A stretch of DNA of 10,100 nt from a virus. Taxonomy: Duplodnaviria; Heunggongvirae; Uroviricota; Caudoviricetes. The notes beneath the pieces are model-generated. The model was not told the origin of the DNA, searched no databases, and saw only the letters and a list, made by a program, of their open reading frames with translations. The translations under genes and the position numbers were made by a program. How positions within the stretch are numbered: position 1 is the stretch's first letter; every line of letters starts with the position of its first letter. Shown here one piece after another: positions 5,444-10,100 of the stretch. The stretch covers positions 1 to 10,100 of IMG/VR virus record IMGVR_UViG_2693429634_000014; one strand, 5' to 3'.

Positions 5444-8400
5444 TCAGCTGATACTGATGCCTGCGGTGGCTTTCTTCATCACCACAACCAGCAAATCGCT
5501 GATACTTGCTGTGGGATACCAGTTATTCACCAGCCATGCTGATACCGAAAACTCCAGCGTCATGTGACCGTGACCGGCAGGCATATCAATAACGCCACTG
5601 TAAATCAGCGTATTATCCAGCGCGGTACGGTTATAAATTTCAGCACCGTTTTTCCGCACTATCAGACGGCATGAGGAGTAAATATCAGTATGCTCTCTCT
5701 CATGCTTAGCGCCACTGAATGCCACCGCCGGAATAACAATCTGCCGGTCAAACGGCTGATCGTCATAAACCCTGACGGTAATGGTCCCTGATGGCCACCG
5801 CTCCGGTGCACGGGAGTCCCGGGGGAAAGCTTTGCCCACTGTTTTAACGAGATCGCCTTCAATCTGGTTGGCGGACAGTTTTCCCAGAACCCGACAGTTC
5901 TCGTTAATCGTGACGTTGTTGAGCGTCCCGGAGTTCGCATTCACGTTACCGCTAATATCGGCATTTTTCGCCGTCAGCCGCCCGTCCGGTGTCAGGGAAA
6001 ATGCCGGAGGATTACCGCCGCTGGTAATGGTGGGAGCCGTCAGGCGTTTCAGGAACACGTCGTTCATGAATATCTGATCGCCCTGACCAACAAACATCGG
6101 CTTTGTGTTGCCATTCGCAGGATTAATCATCGCAATCCTGTCTGCCGCCAGCAGCACCTGACTCTGCATTCCTGCTGGCGTATTCTCAATACCGGCACCG
6201 ATACCCGCAATATAAAGGCGTCCGTCCTTCATCTGTTGCAGCTTCACAGCCCACATGCTGTTCAGATTATTATTTGTATCAACCTGAACCTTCTGTATCT
6301 GCTGAATTGCCGCACTCTGGTCTTCCAGTTTCTTATTGACGGTCTGCGTGATTTCATTGCTGACATCCTTAATGGACGTCCTGATTTCAGCCAGGTCAGG
6401 CGCAAGCTGACCGTTATCAATCTGCGTCCACAGCTCCTGAGCCAGATGGGTTTTCCCTATCTCGCCTTTGAAAAAATCCAGATAACCGGATGCATCATCA
6501 CTCGGCTGACCAACAGCCTCCACGAATGCCGATTTGCCAACGGTGTTCACACTGCGAACGTAAAAATAATAATCATGGCCCGGTTTGATATTGATACTGG
6601 CGGCTATCCAGTACAGCCCCGTGCCAAGATAGCGCGCTGTGGTTTCAACCTTCCTGATATCGGTAATCCGCTTTTCCGAAAACCAGAACTCAAACTGTAC
6701 CGTCGGGTCATAAACGGCAAGATGCGGCGTGGCGGTTATCTGAAAATAGCCCGGCGTCAGCTCAATCCGCGACGGCGCTGCCGGTGCGGCAATCCGGAAC
6801 GATACCGACGCCGGATCGCCCAGCTGTCCCCACGCATTTACCGCCCGGACCGTCAACATGTAACGCCCCAGCGCCAGCTGCCTGAAGCGGTATGTGGTTT
6901 CCGTCGTCCGGGCCGTGCTGACCAGCCGCTCACTGCCATCGTCCGCTGTCACGGTCAGGCGAAGCAGGAAGCTCACGCCCTTCACCACCTTCGGCGTGTC
7001 CCAGCGGGCCAGTACCTGATACTCCCCGCTGTCTGCGGTGACTTCGGCAGTCAGGTGCTGCACCGCTGGCGGCGTGACACCATTCACCGTGCCGCTCTGG
7101 TCGCCGTCAAAGTGCGCCCCGTTATCCACGATGGCTTCTTTTTCCGGTACATGCTGCACGGCGGTGATGGCATACGTGCCGCCATCGTTCTCACGGATAC
7201 TCACGCAGCGGAACAGGCGCTGGCGCAGCGTCGGCAGCTTCAGCCCCCACACGCTGTATTCGGCAACGCCGTCAGGAACACGGCTCACTTTCACCTTCAC
7301 GCCGTCGGTGACGGACTGGACCTCCACGCTGACCGGATTCCCCTGTCCGTCAACCAGGCTTATCAGCGTGGTGCCGGAGGATGGCAGCGTGATTTCACGG
7401 TCGAGCGTCAGTGTCCGCGTCTGGCTGTTCACCGCCAGCACGCGCCCGCCGATGCTGATACCGGCATAGTCATCATCACAGATTTCAATGACATCGCCCG
7501 GTACATGGCGAAGCCCTTCTGCACCCACGCTGAAGTCCACGGTCTGCGTTTCCAGCAGCTCCGTTTTAATCAGCCACAGCCCGGCGCGGTGTGCCTGCCC
7601 CCGGCTGGTACAGCCAAAGGCATCCATCTTCGTGACGTTACGACCGTAACGGGCAATGGCCTGCGTATCTTCAACAAGCTCTGTCGCCGTCTCCCAGCCG
7701 TTATCCGGGTCAATCCAGTTCACCTCAACGGCATTATGGCGGTCCTTCAGGGCGCTGAAGCTGTAGCGGAACGGCGCGCCATCATCCGGCATCACCACAT
7801 TACTGCGGTTATAGGTCCACACCTTATCCGACGGTCGGTCCTGCACGAACGTCAGCGTCTGCCCGTTCCATACCGGCATACAGCGCATCGCCGAACAGAA
7901 ATCACTGAGCACATCCCACGCCTTACGCTGTGTGGTCAGGTAAGCGTTACAGGTGATGCGCGGCTCCGTGCCACCAAAGCCATCCGGCACTGACTGGTCG
8001 CAGTACTGGCCGATGACATACAGCGCCCATTTGTCCACATCCGCCGCACCAAGACGCTTCCCCATGCCGTAGCGTGGATGGGTCAGCATATCCCACAGAC
8101 ACCAGGCCATGTTATTGCTGTATGCTGGCTTAAACGTTCCGTCCCAGATACCGCTGTATTGCCGAGTCTGCGGGTTATAGTTCGACGGCACCTGCAGAAT
8201 ACGCCCGCGCAGATGATAATTACGGCTCACCTGCTGGCTGCCGAACTGCTCCGAATCCACCTGTACGCCGACCAGTGCCGTGTTCGGGTAGCACTGTTTC
8301 ACATCGATGATTTCGGTGTATGACGACCAGAGCGTTTTGTTCTGCAGCTGGTCTGTGGTGCTGTCCGGCGTCATCCTGCGCATCCGGATATTGAACGGGC

Positions 8401-8923
8401 GCGGCGGCAGGTTACCCACCACCACCGATGCTAGATACTGTGAGGTGGTTTTGCCTTTAATGGTGATGTCTTTTTCCGTCACCCAGCCACCATTACGCTG
8501 TATCTGAACCAGCAGGCGGACTTCCGACGGATTCCGGTCCCCCTTTGAGGTGGTTTCCACCAGTGCCTGCACACCGAAGGTAAAGCGCAGACGGTCGATG
8601 TTTGCCGACGTGATGGTCCGGGTAATCGGCGTGTCGTACTTCACTTCCGTACCCAGCACCGTCTCGGAGCCGGAGGATTCAAATCCCTCCGGCGGTGTCT
8701 GCTCCTGCTCACCGGCCCGGAACACCACCGTGACGCCGGATATATTGGTATTCCCCTCACTGTCCAGCACCGGCGTACTGTTCAGCAGCACGCTTTTTAA
8801 TCCATCCACCGGACCTTCAACCGGCCCTTCGCTGATGGCATCGATCACACTCAGCAGCTGCGTGGACTTCAGGTTGTCCTTCGCTTCGCGCGGGGTATGC
8901 CCCTTACTGCTTCCTTTACCCAT
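5444..8923 (-). CDS. J: Host specificity / central tail fibre protein J (tip attachment protein), 1159 aa
   Basis: Translation begins [34 protein letters not shown]... and is near-identical to lambda J for roughly the first 820 residues as I recall it, then becomes mosaic and divergent over the C-terminal receptor-binding region. GAGG ribosome-binding site 6 nt before the ATG at 8923. The 585-aa plus-strand ORF 6236..7993 is antisense noise. Confidence 0.95.
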   Translation of the reverse strand: MGKGSSKGHTPREAKDNLKSTQLLSVIDAISEGPVEGPVDGLKSVLLNSTPVLDSEGNTNISGVTVVFRAGEQEQTPPEGFESSGSETVLGTEVKYDTPITRTITSANIDRLRFTFGVQALVETTSKGDRNPSEVRLLVQIQRNGGWVTEKDITIKGKTTSQYLASVVVGNLPPRPFNIRMRRMTPDSTTDQLQNKTLWSSYTEIIDVKQCYPNTALVGVQVDSEQFGSQQVSRNYHLRGRILQVPSNYNPQTRQYSGIWDGTFKPAYSNNMAWCLWDMLTHPRYGMGKRLGAADVDKWALYVIGQYCDQSVPDGFGGTEPRITCNAYLTTQRKAWDVLSDFCSAMRCMPVWNGQTLTFVQDRPSDKVWTYNRSNVVMPDDGAPFRYSFSALKDRHNAVEVNWIDPDNGWETATELVEDTQAIARYGRNVTKMDAFGCTSRGQAHRAGLWLIKTELLETQTVDFSVGAEGLRHVPGDVIEICDDDYAGISIGGRVLAVNSQTRTLTLDREITLPSSGTTLISLVDGQGNPVSVEVQSVTDGVKVKVSRVPDGVAEYSVWGLKLPTLRQRLFRCVSIRENDGGTYAITAVQHVPEKEAIVDNGAHFDGDQSGTVNGVTPPAVQHLTAEVTADSGEYQVLARWDTPKVVKGVSFLLRLTVTADDGSERLVSTARTTETTYRFRQLALGRYMLTVRAVNAWGQLGDPASVSFRIAAPAAPSRIELTPGYFQITATPHLAVYDPTVQFEFWFSEKRITDIRKVETTARYLGTGLYWIAASINIKPGHDYYFYVRSVNTVGKSAFVEAVGQPSDDASGYLDFFKGEIGKTHLAQELWTQIDNGQLAPDLAEIRTSIKDVSNEITQTVNKKLEDQSAAIQQIQKVQVDTNNNLNSMWAVKLQQMKDGRLYIAGIGAGIENTPAGMQSQVLLAADRIAMINPANGNTKPMFVGQGDQIFMNDVFLKRLTAPTITSGGNPPAFSLTPDGRLTAKNADISGNVNANSGTLNNVTINENCRVLGKLSANQIEGDLVKTVGKAFPRDSRAPERWPSGTITVRVYDDQPFDRQIVIPAVAFSGAKHEREHTDIYSSCRLIVRKNGAEIYNRTALDNTLIYSGVIDMPAGHGHMTLEFSVSAWLVNNWYPTASISDLLVVVMKKATAGISIS

Positions 8924-8940
8924 TCCTCACACTCCATAAA

Positions 8941-8965
8941 CAACAAAGCCGCCCAAAAGGCGGCT
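8941..8965 (-). terminator. Rho-independent terminator downstream of the lipoprotein gene, just upstream of J (minus strand)
   Basis: Seen in sequence: AGCCGCC (8947..8953) caaaa GGCGGCT (8959..8965); on the minus strand the hairpin is followed by TTGTTGTTTAT. About 25 nt after the lipoprotein ORF stop. Confidence 0.5.
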
Positions 8966-8989
8966 CATGAGTTACGGCAGGATTAACTA

Positions 8990-9328
8990 TTATTTACATG
9001 CATTAACACTATCAGCAAAAATTTTTGGCGTTAATGCTGGTACACGTTCATAAAGAGTAAAACTACTGCCATTTCCTGCTTTTTTGATATCAAGCACAAC
9101 ATCATATCCCCCCATAGCCTGTGGAACTAAAAGGCTTACCTCATTCTCAATAGGAAGGGATGTTATAGGTGTTCCATTACCAGCCCATTGTCTGGATATG
9201 CAGCCTGACAATTCATCAATATTTTTTAATGAATTACCTTCCATTACAGGTTTTCCGGATTTTACGTAATCCAAAGATTTACATCCTGTTAAGGCAATAA
9301 TCGTGCAGAATAAAATCGTTTTGTTCAT
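8990..9328 (-). CDS. Small predicted outer-membrane lipoprotein (112 aa precursor, about 97 aa mature) inserted between tail genes I and J; function unknown
   Basis: Seen in sequence: ORF 8990..9340, with the internal ATG at 9328 giving MNKTILFCTIIALTGC-KS..., a classic signal peptide plus lipobox (L-T-G-C) with Lys at +2 (not the Asp inner-membrane retention signal). Two further Cys in the mature part (SGCISRQW and C-terminal NACK). Gene and flanks are visibly AT-rich against GC-rich tail genes; it has its own downstream terminator. Lambda has no gene between I and J, to my recollection. Confidence 0.6.
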   Translation of the reverse strand: MNKTILFCTIIALTGCKSLDYVKSGKPVMEGNSLKNIDELSGCISRQWAGNGTPITSLPIENEVSLLVPQAMGGYDVVLDIKKAGNGSSFTLYERVPALTPKIFADSVNACK

Positions 9329-9400
9329 ATAGCTAACCAATAGAATAATTATCAGTGTTCGATATAAATATTAAATCAGTTAGAACATGAGTAAATAATA

Positions 9401-10042
9401 TTACCGCCCAATTACCACAACCTGACCACCATCCCCTTCATCTGCCGTGCTGATCTCCTGAGATGCCACACGTGACCCCACGCGCATTTCACCGTACAGA
9501 ACAGGCAGGACATTGCCCTGGGCAACCATGTTATCCAGTGAGGAGAAATAGGTGTTCTGTTTGCCGTTATCCGTTGTCTGTGTACGTGGAGTTTTGGGTT
9601 TAGGGGCCAGCATCTGTGCGACACCACCAAGCGTCATCGCTGCCCCCATAGAAAAGAGAATGTTACTGAAAGCGATACTGATTCCTGGCATCCAGATTGC
9701 CGTAGCAATCAGCGCCGCACCCAGCACTGCCTGAAAAACACCACCACTTTTGGCACCCGCCAGACGCGGTACGATGTGGATCACGGCACCATTTGCCAGC
9801 GGCTCATTAAGACGGGCAGATAATTCGTTTTCGCCTGCATCACGCCCGGCAATGCGCACCTGATACCAGCCCTCATTCAGTTTCTGGCGAAACGCCGGGA
9901 GCTGTGTGGCCAGCGCCCGGATGGCTTCGGCCCCCGTTTTCACACGAAGGTCGATGCGGCGACCAAATCGTTGTAAATCCCCGTAAAGGCAGATGCGTGC
10001 CATGCCTGGTGACGCCAGAGGGAGTGTGTGCGTCGCTGCCAT
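9401..10042 (-). CDS. I: Tail assembly protein I, 213 aa
   Basis: Translation MAATHTLPLASPGMARICLYGDLQRFGRRIDLRVKTGAEAIRALATQLPAFRQKL...KTPRTQTTDNGKQNTYFSSLDNMVAQGNVLPVLYGEMRVGSRVASQEISTADEGDGGQVVVIGR is near-identical to lambda I at both ends as I recall it, with a diverged and shorter central hydrophobic segment. Confidence 0.9.
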   Translation of the reverse strand: MAATHTLPLASPGMARICLYGDLQRFGRRIDLRVKTGAEAIRALATQLPAFRQKLNEGWYQVRIAGRDAGENELSARLNEPLANGAVIHIVPRLAGAKSGGVFQAVLGAALIATAIWMPGISIAFSNILFSMGAAMTLGGVAQMLAPKPKTPRTQTTDNGKQNTYFSSLDNMVAQGNVLPVLYGEMRVGSRVASQEISTADEGDGGQVVVIGR

Positions 10043-10100
10043 TTGTCGGTGTACCTCTCTCGTTTGCTCAGTTGTTCAGGAATATGGTGCAGCAGCTCGC
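9964..10100 (-). CDS. K: Tail assembly protein K, C-terminal fragment (5' end off-window), overlapping the start of I in another frame
   Basis: Seen in sequence: minus-strand frame open from the window edge (…ELLHHIPEQLSKRERYTDKWQRRTHSLWRHQAWHASAFTGIYNDLVAASTFV*), ending at TGA 9966..9964 and overlapping the I start by about 80 nt. Lambda K and I overlap similarly. Identity inferred from position; I cannot confirm the K C-terminal sequence from memory. Confidence 0.5.

Noticed and set aside
5662-6077. ORFs 5662..5940 (minus) and 5781..6077 (plus) inside the J 3' region
   Set aside because: Embedded in the J reading frame region with no independent features; the divergent J C-terminus is accounted for by J itself.
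6236-7993. 585-aa plus-strand ORF inside the J gene
   Set aside because: Antisense to a near-lambda-identical J coding sequence; the product is extremely Arg/His/Pro-rich and low-complexity, which is typical of an accidental open frame opposite a GC-rich gene.
8078-8939. Plus-strand ORFs 8078..8323, 8307..8507 and 8550..8939 near the J 5' end
   Set aside because: Antisense to the conserved J N-terminus; no independent support.
9412-9734. ORFs 9412..9630 (minus) and 9552..9734 (plus) inside gene I
   Set aside because: Alternative-frame or antisense readings within a gene whose product matches lambda I; no start signals.

Overview
Right-hand (tail) end of a lambda-like prophage of an enteric host, followed by effector cargo and nested mobile elements; every real gene is on the minus strand. 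Reading the minus strand from 10100 down to 1: tail assembly K (3' fragment) and I, a small AT-rich lipoprotein gene inserted between I and J, host-specificity protein J (1159 aa), Lom outer-membrane protein, a mosaic side tail fibre (lambda Stf-like N-terminus, 36 collagen-like Gly-X-Y triplets, unrelated C-terminus), a small translationally coupled ORF, a bidirectional terminator, an AT-rich NleB-family type III effector gene (arginine glycosyltransferase, probably nleB2), and an IS629 copy whose transposase gene is interrupted by a group II intron running off the left edge. I see no rRNA, tRNA or CRISPR array and no obvious multi-gene defence system. The strongest candidates for undescribed biology are the lipoprotein gene between I and J (possible receptor-masking or exclusion function) and the small ORF coupled to the tail fibre. 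All homology statements rest on my recollection of lambda, IS629 and NleB protein sequences, not on a database search.
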